DNA of 64,000 bases from positions 127,224,001-127,288,000 of the forward strand of contig OZ024740.1 of NCBI GenBank assembly GCA_964016885.1. The letters are read 5' to 3'. Below, piece after piece: positions 25,736 through 36,872 of the stretch; positions within the stretch are counted from its first letter, which is position 1, and every line of letters starts with the position of its first letter. A program made the translations under genes and the position numbers. The notes under the pieces are model-generated. The model worked only from the letters and a program-made list of their open reading frames with translations. It was not told the origin of the DNA and did no database searches. Origin of the DNA: Eledone cirrhosa (lineage: Eukaryota).

Positions 25736-27708
25736 ATGGAAATTTTCGACCTTGAAACGGTAAACAACGTTCAGGTCAAAAGTTTAAAGGCAGCCACTGC
25801 AGATTTCACCACGACTACGACGGCTACAGTCATGCCTTTCATCCACTCTACCGAATGTGAAGGCAAAACTAAAAAGCTACCATCACAACCTTCTGCCATA
25901 GCATCAGTATCATCTGAAAACGACATCACCACCACCGCCACCACCACCACCACAACAACAACTCAGAGCAATAACGACAATAACACCGACAGCTTCAATG
26001 TAAACAAGGATGGCGGTGGCAACAGCAAGAATGACAACAACAACAATAAGAGCATCAGAAACACAACATTTTCTGCAGCAGCACCAAAAACAAAGCGCTT
26101 ATTGAATATTGATATTGATATTAGCGATAAAGACGAACAGTTGGCCAAAGCGTGGAGGCTAATTAAACGGGAGAAGTCCTGGGCAAACCTGACCATCCCG
26201 GACGAGGCAATAGCGGCCATGCAGAGGAGGACGGTGCTCTTTCGATGTATTTCGGTGCAGACACGAAAAGTGGAACTTGCGAGCCAAGCAGAGGTAGAGG
26301 CTGCTTTGGAGTACATCGGAAGTAACATAGAGTACAAAGCAAGAGGCAAACAGTTCGGTACCATCTCGGTACTGTTCAAAACCGAGGCCCTCGCTATTAA
26401 GCACTCGGTGACCCCCTGCAGAACGGAACGCATTATCATGCATCCGTCCTATATTGGTAAAAGGACAGTGAAGGTACGCATTCCCAGCATCACACCAGGA
26501 ATGAACATATGGTGGCTGCTGGGATGCGTAATCGAGGAGGGGGCAGACACCACTCTCCTGGACATTAAAAGGACAGAAAGAGAGGACTGGTCCGGAATGG
26601 ATTTGGAGATTCTTCTCCAAATGAAACCGGAGGATACGAATAACATCCCAGATTTTGCCCGCCTGCAGGACGGGACAACAATCCAACTAATGATTGACGG
26701 AAGAAGGCCACGCTGCTTCGTTTGCGGGGAAGCAACGAATCTTCAAGCCTTCTGCCCTCAGCGCAAAAATGCAGGGGGTCGCAGACCTCCTTTGTTGCCA
26801 GCGCCAGTGTCAGCACGGAAAGCTGCACCACCACCACCACCACCACCAAAAACAACATCAACAAAAACACGGACACCAACATCAAAAGCAGCCGGATCAC
26901 CACCAACACCAAAACCAATCGAAGTAGAAAACGAGGAAAGCTCTCTCACTCCCCTATCCCCCCAATTATACACATAGACAAAAAAAAAATAAACGCACAC
27001 ACAGACACAGAGACACTCACAGACACAGACCCTTTGTCTTCCAGCAGCGAAGATGAAGGAAAACCCAAAAGTGCAAAAAAACAGAGAAAACTCACAAAAA
27101 AAAAAAGCCCCAACAAAACACAAAAACACACAACAAAAAATACAGACACCACTAACGCAAACACTTCCCCAATAACATCAGCACCATCAGCAACATCGAC
27201 ACCACCTCCACAATCCCCGAAACGCAAACAACCTAAACAAACACAAGTACAAATAAACACACAAATACCTGAAATTGAAGACACCACACCTACAACAAAC
27301 ATAGACATACCCGAAACAACACCACCAAAACCATCGCCACCACCTTCACCAAAACGTAAACAAATAAAACCACACCAACAAAATGTTAAAAACTTCGTGC
27401 TTGTCAGAAGGGCCAACGATAAACTGATGGCCCTCTTAGCGCGAAGCGAGGACATTCAAACAGAGGGGGAGATTTTTGAAATGAGCACATTTTGCGTGCC
27501 AGAAGATTTGCTTCTGGTCCGAATGTCACTCAATTCTTTCAAAGAAATTCGAGAGAGCTTTCCTCAAGACGTGGGAAACCCGAATGTGAAACCCACATCA
27601 AGACTTTTAAAGGGGTTCCCAAAAGAAAACCCACCAACCATGGAGGTCGAACCACCCGACCTTCACAAGACCCGGGAGGTAAGTAAACCTTCCCTCTCTC
27701 TCTCTTAG
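25736..27708 (+). pseudogene. D1 ORF1, one frameshift near 26950
   Basis: ORFs 25736-26977 and 26722-27708. FGTISVLF RRM-like region, CFVCGEATNLQAFC knuckle (H to N), C-terminal FPQDVG matching family C FPKDIG. Confidence 0.85.
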
Positions 27709-27717
27709 CTTACCAAT

Positions 27718-30398
27718 ATGGCCATATTAAGAGTAGGAAGTTTAAATGTTCGCGGCCTGGGGTCCCTGGAAGCAGGGTCGCCTGCTCAACGACCACCGGT
27801 CGCTGGAAATGGATGTGATTGCCGTAAGCGAGACCAAAATTTCCGACACGTGCGCACTAGCCCCCATTTTCGACGACTATCAGATCTCGCATCTGTTAGC
27901 AGGCCGGGATGTGGGGTGGGATGGCAGTGCTGTTTAGGAAAGGACTGGATCTTGAGGTAAGGTCGATCTTCCGGGACCCAGACGGTAAGTTGGTGGTCTT
28001 GGATGTAAGCAGTAGCGAAGGTGGTGCCTTTAGGTTCTGGCCGTCTACGCCCCTACAGGGGCCGGACGACCTGACTTCTTTAGGCGCCTGGAGATCTTTC
28101 TGGGTACGTCTCGCCCTTTACTGTTAGCGGGGGACTGGAATGGCATCTTAGACGCACGCTGGGATTGTGTGGGAGTAGCCGATAGGAGCGGGGGGTGCAA
28201 AAGCCTCAAGCACCTACTCAGCCAGTTCCAACTGTCTGACAGGTATCGACTAGATTTCCCCAATGTGCCAGTATGGACATGGACCAACCAAATGGGGTCA
28301 TCTAGATCGTATATAGACAGAATCTTCATTAGGAAAATCGATAGAAATAGTGTGGGCTGTCCACTTTTTAAAACGGTCGCCTATTCAGATCACAAATTTG
28401 TGATCTGTACGGTCGACCTAAATAAAACGCGTAGGTTAGGACCGGGTTATTGGAAGCTGAACTTGTCATTTCCGGCACGTAAGGCTTACAGGGACCGAGT
28501 CAACAAGTTGGTTAAGCAAAAGTTGACAAAGGGGATCATCAACAACAGATGGTGGGGGGCTCTCAAAAGAGAGATTAGAGTAACTTCGATAGAGTCCAGC
28601 AAAGAACTAGCGTTAGAGAAAAATAGAAAGGAGGGGACAGCTGGTAGATAAGTTAGACGAGGCTATTTGTAGTGGCATCGTAACTGACGTGCTAGCGGCG
28701 AGAATGGCATTGGACCATTTCTTCAATGCCAAACACGAAGGTTTCATTGTCAGAGCTAAGGCGTGTGCGCTGAGAAACGAGGGAACTGAAGCTGTTCGAT
28801 GGGCCCGCGTGGCGGAGGCGCAGCGTGGTAATAAAACCACAATTCGGTCTTTGGCGGACCGAGACGGACACGAGATAAGCGATTCCAAGCGGATGTGTGA
28901 GGCCTTTCGCCAGCATGTTGCTCGGTTGTTCGGGGAGAGTGGCGAGTCAGAGAGAGTAGCGGATTTCAGTCCCTACCTTGACGGCTTGCCGCGCATCTCG
29001 ACGGTCGACGCTGAGCGCTGCGAAAGGCCGATTACTTCAGGCGAAATTCAGGACGCCCCTGTCGGCTGCATGAGGCGCAAGTCACCCGGTTAGGATGGCC
29101 TGCCCTACGAGCTTTACGTAAATATGCCAACATTTTTCTCCAATCTCTTCGAAGCGCTCTACTGTAACTGGCAGCAGAATGGGAGTATTCCCAGTTCTGT
29201 GAGCAGGCGAGTGGTGACGCTGATAAGGAAAGACGAGAACAAGAGGGATACATTAGACAACTTCAGGCCCATAACTCTGCTCAACACAGAGTTTAAGATT
29301 TTGGCCAAGGTGTTAGCAAAGAGATTGGCGCTTGTCTTCGAGGATTTGGTTGGGGAGGCGCAAACTTGCGCAATCCCAGCCAGGTCCATACACGACAATC
29401 TCCACCTCATACGATACATCATAGAGAGGGTTGGGTGTAGACCTGGCTTCGGTGGGGCACTGATCAATTTAGATCAATCGAAAGGATTCGATAGGGTCGA
29501 CCATCGGTATCTGGAGTTTGTCCTCAAAGCAGCTGGCTTCGGCCCTGTCTTTAGAAGCTGGATCGTTGCAATGCACAGCGGCACACGCTCGGTGGTCAAG
29601 GTTAATGGCCACCTCTCGGAACCATTTCGGCTCTCCCGATCGGTCCGTCAAGGGTGCCCTCTCTCTTCCCTTCTGTACGTATTGACTCTCGAGCCTTTAC
29701 TGCGGAAGCTGAAGCTGTTGCAGGGCATCCCGCTCGAACCGAGACGTGGACAGGCGGTGTCGGCTTATGCGGACGACATCACCGTGATGGTGTCGAACAC
29801 CTCAGAAATCGAGGTGGTCGGCACCTTATTGAAGGAATATGAAAGGTTGACAGGAGCCAAACTTAACCCGGAAAAGTCGGTGGGCTTGCAGCTCGGAACC
29901 TGGAGAGGAAAGCCCATGCCGTCCAACAGCATCGTGGGGCGCTGGACGGACGGACCAGTAAAGTTACTCGGGGTTTGGTTCGGACCAGACCTCCAGGTGG
30001 AAAAGAATTGGGACGAGGTAACGAGCAGAGTAGCCAGTCTCACCCAAAAATGGGCTGGGAGGAAGCTATCACTGAAAGGTCGCGCGGAGGTGGAGAATGC
30101 GTACATCGCGTCCGTCATCTACTACCGCCTAACCGTCGTGCCTTGCCCCCGTCCACGCCTCGTCAAGTCGGAACAGCTCCTCTTCAAATTCTTGTGGAGG
30201 GGACAAGTTCCGTTGGTGAGGCGGTCCATCTGCTGCCAGCACCCTCTACGCGGAGGGCTGGGCATGCCGTGGCTAATGATGCGCAAACATGCGTTGAGGC
30301 TGCGACATCTCCAGATATTCTGCCTCGATGGTGAACAGGTGTGGTCGCCGTTTATCAGACGGGCCTTTCCGCAGCTCATTTCTTATATTTATGCATAG
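27718..30398 (+). pseudogene. D1 ORF2: APE-RT, disrupted
   Basis: LRVGSLNVRG, VSETK, GDWN, SYIDR, SDH, RPITLLN, RQGCPLS, YADD. Confidence 0.92.
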
Positions 30399-30562
30399 TT
30401 TATTTTATATTTTTATATTTTCATTGTTAAATTAGTCTTGCCATTGTGCACTTTTACTCGTCCTTATTGTAAACCCCCACTGTCCCTGTCTTTGTATTGT
30501 CCCCTACATGTCGGCCCTTGTGGCTAATAAATGAAATCATTATTATTATTATTATTATTATT

Positions 30563-30651
30563 GACTTTGCCTTTCATCCTTACGGAGTCGATAAAATAAA
30601 GTACCAGTAATGCACTGGTGAATTGCTGGCCTTGTGCCTAAAGTAGAAACA
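30563..30651 (+). mobile_element. 5'-truncated SINE with long (TTA)n tail
   Basis: Core and tail match the other copies. Confidence 0.85.
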
Positions 30652-30702
<51 letters not shown>

Positions 30703-30710
30703 GTTGTTAT

Positions 30711-31831
30711 TCCTTGAATCTCAGTCATTGATGTTGGTTAACTGGAAAGTCCGTTGGATTGAATATCAAGCCACTACCTGCAGCCTCAGATATTCAGGAC
30801 GTATCGGAGGGTTCTTGCTGTTCCAAGCAAGCATGCCTTTTGAAGCGTTCCAAAAAGCGTGAAGGGGCCGATTTTCTTTAACCATCCCTGGAAACTTTTG
30901 GAGATAGTCCCCAGTGCGCCTATGACAATCGGGATCACTTTGACTTCATGGCAGTTCCAAATCCTTTTCACCTCCCACTTTAGGTCCTGGTATCGGTTAA
31001 TTTTCTCCCTCTCCTTCTCTTGCACTCTCGTGTCGAACGGGCAGGCCACATCCACAATCAGGCACGATCTTTTTTCTTTGTCCACAACCACCAGGTCAGG
31101 TCTATTGTGTTCCAGTTTTTTGTCCGTCTGTATCCTAAAATCCCACAGCACCTTCACCTGATTGTTCTCCATCACCGCCTCTGGCCTATGCTCATACCAT
31201 TTCTCAGAATGTGGTAAATTGTTTACTTTGCACAGGTGCCAGTAGATCACCCTGCCCATCACATCGTGTCTCCAGCCCTTATAGTGGGTCTGGGCTAGGT
31301 GTTTACACTCGGACACAATGTGAGCCACAGTCTCCTCTCTCTCTCCACAGATCCTGCACAGTGGGCTAGCCTCCTCCTTGTAGATATGGTGCTTCAACCA
31401 CTTCGTTTTGAGGGCCTGCTCCTGCGCAGCCATTAGCATTCCTTCTGTAGCCTTTTTGAGGTCTCCTCTTCTCAACCAGTTCCAGGGTCTGTGGATCTCT
31501 AAATTCAGTTTTCTCAAAGAAGGTACTATGAAGGGATTTTCCCTTAAGGCTGCTCTTCCTCCTTGATGTTATTTCCTCCTTGGACATCCCCTGGCCTACT
31601 GTCCCCTCCTTCAGTACAGTTCTGAGCATTGGCTCCTTACTATAGGTCACGTATTTGTATAGGTTGTTTTTCTCCATCTGAACACAGTCCTCTATGCTGA
31701 TAAGACCTCTTCCACCCTCAGATCTCCTTAGGTAGAGTCTATCGACATCACTCCTCTTGTGGAACATGTTGTAGATAGTCAATAGCTTCCTAGTCTTCCT
31801 ATCCATTTCTTTTTGTTCAGCAACATTCCAT

Positions 31832-31835
<4 letters not shown>
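30711..31835 (-). mobile_element. R4/Dong-like family B, 5'-truncated copy (~1.1 kb)
   Basis: Nearly identical to 46812-47937. CCHC and RLE motifs. (TTA)n on both sides. Confidence 0.95.
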
Positions 31836-31888
<53 letters not shown>

Positions 31889-34800
31889 TGCATTTATCTT
31901 GCTTTATGTTTATACGAGTTATCACCAAGTCACAACCAGTGACCTCAAGAGACAACAAGGTCCGCCATGTTCAAGAAAGAACACACATATTCACACATGC
32001 ATCCTTAGTGTTTAGACTTGTGATGTACTTATATTGACAGGATCTTCCTTAGTATATGGGCAGTTCCCATTAGTACTATCTTTTGTATTTCTCCTATACG
32101 CAGGTTTCCTGGGATTTGCGATAAGTAGTCGTTAGACCCCTTAGGTATCATTCCCAGAGCGCCTACAACCACTGGTATTGTTTTAGTTCTCAATTTCCAC
32201 ATTTTTCCAATTTCTATCTCCAGGTCCTTATACTTGCTCAATTTTTCAAATGTTTTTATAGATACATTCTTGTCTATTGGAACAGACATATCAATTAGCT
32301 GGCATACCCCCCTTTGAAAGTCCTTCAATATTATATCAGGTCTATTTGCATCTATTTTTCGGTCTGTTTGGATGCTAAAGTTGCACAAGATTGAGATGTG
32401 ATCTTTTTCAAGTATGGGAGGTGGTTGATGCTCCCACCAATTCTTTTGATGGGGCAGGTCAAAATGCTTGCACATTATCCAATGTATGTATTGTGCAGCT
32501 CTGTCATGCCTGTTTAGGTATTCGGTTGGAGCTATAGGACTGCACATTGAAATTATATGGTCAATGGTCTCTGGTTGTTTTTTGCATACACGGCATAATG
32601 GGCTGCACCCATTTTTTATTATGTTGGCTTGGTAATTTTTTGTTGGCAGACACTGATCTTGTGCGGATATAATCAGTCCTTCAGTCTCCGATTTCAGTCC
32701 AGAGGATGCCAACCACTGATGGGTTAAAGTTTTGTCAACATCAGGATTGTTAGCTCGCTCTGGGTATTTTCCATACAGAGGCTTTTCTTGCCATTTCTTA
32801 GCCAGTTTCTGTAGCAGTTCTTTCTTTGCAGTTACTTTTACCTGCTTTGCTTTTTCTGTGTTTTCCATTTCAGCAGTAAATGGGACTTCTGAAATTTGTA
32901 GTCCATTACTGTATCTTTGTGCATCTTTTGTAATGGAATATGATCTTTTGGTGCTTTCGTGTTTCAAAACGAGTTTGATCATCCAATCATGTGATTCCCT
33001 TAGATATGTGGATAATCCAATTGTTGCAGTTTTCAACGCAATGTCTAACTGGATTAAGCCACGTCCTCCTTCTTTCCTAGGGAGATATATTCTATCTATG
33101 TCTGCCTTAGGGTGATGCATTCTGTGCATGGTTAAGAATTTTCGGATTTTTGTATCGAGCCTACGGATCTCTGTGCTTGACCAGTTGATGACATTGTAAC
33201 TGTAGGTTACTACTGGTATGGCAAGCGTGTTTATGGCATCGATCCTATTCCTTGCATTCAATTCCGTTCTTAAGATTGCTCTGACTCTGCGGTAACATTC
33301 CTTCCTTATCCTTTCCCTCATTGTCGAGTGCTTGATTCCGTCTCCTTCACAAACACCTAGATATTTGTAAGTTTGTTCTTGATCAAGCTCTCTTATCACG
33401 TTCCCCCGATCAAGATTAATGTCTGAACTCTTCAGCAGCTTTCCTCTGGTGAACGTTGCTTTGGCGCATTTATCCAGTCCAAACTCCATTTTAATGTCAT
33501 CACTGAACTGCTTCACAGTGGATAATAGCCCTTGCAATTGTTCATCATTTTTTGCAAATAGTTTCAGGTCATCCATGTAGAACAGGTGATTAATGGTTTT
33601 GTCATAGACTCTATATCCATGTTTTGTTTCATTGAGCATTTTACTTAATGGTATAAGTGCGATGCAGAATAAAAGCGGTGATAAAGAGTCACCCTGAAAA
33701 ATTCCACAATTAATGTTAACTTCTCCAGCTTCCAGTGATTTTGTTTCACTATTCAAAAGGAGTGTCGTTCTCCATGTCCTCATACTGAATGACAAAAACC
33801 TCCTGATAACGGGGCATATTTTGAAAATCTCTGAACATTTTTCAATCCAACTGTGTGCAAACTATCAAATGCGTTTTTATAATCTATCCAAGCAATCGAT
33901 AGATTTTTGTGTCTATTATGACAATCTTCCAGTATCATTTTGTTAACCAGAAGCTGATCCTTACAGCCATATGAGCCTCGTTTACACCCTTTCTGCTCAA
34001 TGGGAAATAGGTCATTTGTTATCAGGTGGTCATATGTGTATTCAGTTAGGACTGATGTTAAAATTTTTATACATTGTGGTCAAGCAGGTTATCGGTCTGT
34101 AATTTTTGGGATTGTTTGTCTCATCATTCTTCGGTAGCAGGAATGTAATGCCGTTAACTAGCCATGATGGTATCTTTTCTGGCTCCTTAACTATTTCATT
34201 GTAAAGTTGGGCTAACAGCTCATGAGACTCTGTGAAGGCATTTATCCAAAAGCTTTGTATTTTGTCTTTTCCTGGTGATTTCCATTTGCTGGTTTTTCTT
34301 AGAGCCAAGCGCAGCTGTTCAACTGTTATATTTTCCCATGTTTGTTCTTCAAGGTGAGCTGTTTCTTTCATTTGTCTGTCTATCCATGGGGCATGTATGT
34401 TATGAACTTTTTCTTCGGCCCAGATCTTTTCCCAGAATTCTTGCACTTCCTCCTTGGGTGGTATTGATTTAGCAGTTATTGTTGACTTACCAATTTTTCT
34501 GTAGAAGTTTCTTTGGTTGTTTTTGAACATATTATTGTCCTTATAGAATCTAGATCGTTTTTCAAAGCGCCTTATACGAGCAGCTTTGGCCGACACTTTT
34601 TGCTTGATTGTTTCTATCAGCATGTCTATGTCACATGTTGATCTTATACTGTACTTTTTTTTCAATTTTCTAAGTTTAGTTTGTTTAACATGTTCACCTA
34701 CTTTATAGTTTGTTAAAATTTCTATGTCAGATCGGAGAAGGTTTATTTGGCGATTGATGTTATCTTGCCAAGTAGATTTCTTGTGGGAATTCCTTTGTTT

Positions 34801-36772
34801 TTTCATCTTCACTCCACATAAGTGAGTGGTGACTTTAGCCGATGCATAATAGAGATGATTTAAGTCAGTAATGCTTAGTTTGTTTGTGATGATAATGTTT
34901 TTGAGAATTATGTTAGTCTTGTGTATTATCTTTTGGTTCTGTTTGGAGTTCTGGATCTTAGGGAGGGTGTCTCGTTCCCCCATGTCAGATTCTTTCATTT
35001 TCATCCATTCGATCATAATTTCATCCTTCAAGTTGGCAAGTTCATTCTCATTCATTTCTTTATCATTTACGATCTCATTATTTTCATTTGGAGTTTCATC
35101 CTGAGCATGCACTCCCTCCACTTTTTCGCTCCTTTCTTTAATTTGTTCTGCTGCCAGTGATTCCGCCCCAACTCTGGGATTCGAAGTGTTACAGTTTACC
35201 TCGTTTTCACTGACACATGCTTCATTTTCCCTTCGATGACTTTGTGCTACTAGCTTGATCTGATCAATTTCTATATCAGTTAGTAACTTTTTTCTTACAA
35301 TATTTCTTCGTATATTGGCTAGTTTGTTACTGTCAATATAGCCTCTGTTTTCGGGATGTTTCTTTTTCCAGTTGATATATGTTTGCTCTGTATTCGATGT
35401 ATTTGATGGGTAGTACATGGCAGTGTAGAAAGCCTCAAGGACTTCTTTATTATCTTCCCTTGACCATTTTTCTCTCTTTTTCTTTGGATTTCTTGGTGGT
35501 GAGCATGGAGGGCCAACAGTAGGAGTATTCCGGTTATGGGAGGTCTCCAGCTCCGAAGTGATGGGAAGGTTTGAACCATTAGCTGATTTTTCGACCCCAG
35601 TCTGGTTCCTCTCTGAGGGACGCGGCCCTTTTTTACCCGGGTGACGGCCGATCCGGTATGAGATTTCATCATTAGACATCTACTTTATTTTGTCGCGTTT
35701 TATCCTTATCCGCCAAGGGGTAATCTTTTCGTGTTACCACTTCTAGAACGAGTGTCAACCAAGACTAGAGGGGTCGTTCTCCCCTAGAGACATGGCTATT
35801 CCCCGCCGGCCGCCATCCCGGTATTTCTTGGTCACGGGGTTTTCTTTTTGTTGTTTTTTTTAAATTGTTATTATCATGAGTGGTTCCTTAATGTGAGCAT
35901 TGCGTGGCTTAAGAATGAAATTATTAATTATTGTCTCCACTCCAGGGACAAGGCCAGCAATCACCCAGTGCATTACAATAATATAATATACTTTTTGTTG
36001 TAGTTGGCTGTTATTGCTGCTGGCTATGTCGGTGGTGGTGCCGGGGCTTTTTATATTGTTGGTGAGGAAGGGGTGAGCCAGCAGTCCCATAATTGTTGAT
36101 GTAGACGTTTGTCCGTGGCAAGGTCACCAAGTCAATCTATTTATATCTTTTGCTAGCCTCTCTCTTGTCTAGTGCTACCACCACCTTCCCTTTTCTCTCT
36201 CAAGTTAACAGGGGAATAGTGTCAGTAGCATTGAATGAGTGGTGGCGGCGATGATGGATGTGGTGGGGTGGTGGCAGCGGTGGTGTTGTGGTTACTGATA
36301 TAGTATCTATGAGTTTGTGTTCGTATGTTTAATATATATTTTCATTATATTTTGTGTTGACATATTCCCGTAAAATTTGAATTAAACATTTTTTTAAATT
36401 TGAGACAATAATAATAGTAATTATTATTATGATGCCGGTGAAGTTGCCGTTATATTTAGTGTGATGGGATAGGTAGTGTATCAAGTTTCTGGTGTTGGTG
36501 AAATTGAAATTGCCGCTGTTCTATATAGTGTAGACAGAGGGTGTTTTGTTCCATTTATAACCATTTTCTTTTTTTGAATACAAAATATATAATACAAAAT
36601 TGAATATTTGAGCGATACAACAATATAATATGGATCCGAAACTTTATGGGACCTCATTCGGTGCCTTTATGCAACATTTGTGCTAAGAATTGTTCTTTCA
36701 CAATTGATTTAAATATGTTAAAAATCAAAAAACTTACGGGAGCAATTTCGTGACGTTCTACCACCTCGTGCG
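31889..36772 (-). mobile_element. R4/Dong-like family A, full-length copy A2 including ~0.9 kb 5' leader
   Basis: 3' UTR abuts (TAA)n; single RT-RLE ORF; 5' end at (GAA)n/(TAA)n. Colinear with 55198-60092. Confidence 0.93.
32029..35679 (-). pseudogene. Family A ORF (Myb-like N-terminus, RT, CCHC, RLE), broken by two single-base indels near 34065 and 33857
   Basis: KWSREDNKEVLEAFY; WKSPGKD; NYRPITCL; [10 protein letters not shown]; HLFYMDDLKL; CRVC..ETIDHIISMC; NRPDIIL..IDMSVP..EKLSKY. Confidence 0.93.
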
Positions 36773-36782
36773 TCTTCTTCTT

Positions 36783-36857
<75 letters not shown>

Positions 36858-36872
36858 GTTATTATTATTATT
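36772..36872. repeat. (TTC)n(TTA)n junction microsatellite
   Basis: Direct reading. Confidence 0.95.

Larger units (their letters stand above)
25474..30539 (+). mobile_element. L1/Tx1-like LINE family D, copy D1 (ORF2 C-terminus deleted after ~30378)
   Basis: Starts GGCCGCACATGTG after (TTA)n; ends GGCTAATAAATGAAATCA(TTA)n. Homologous to 60353-63381. Confidence 0.92.
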
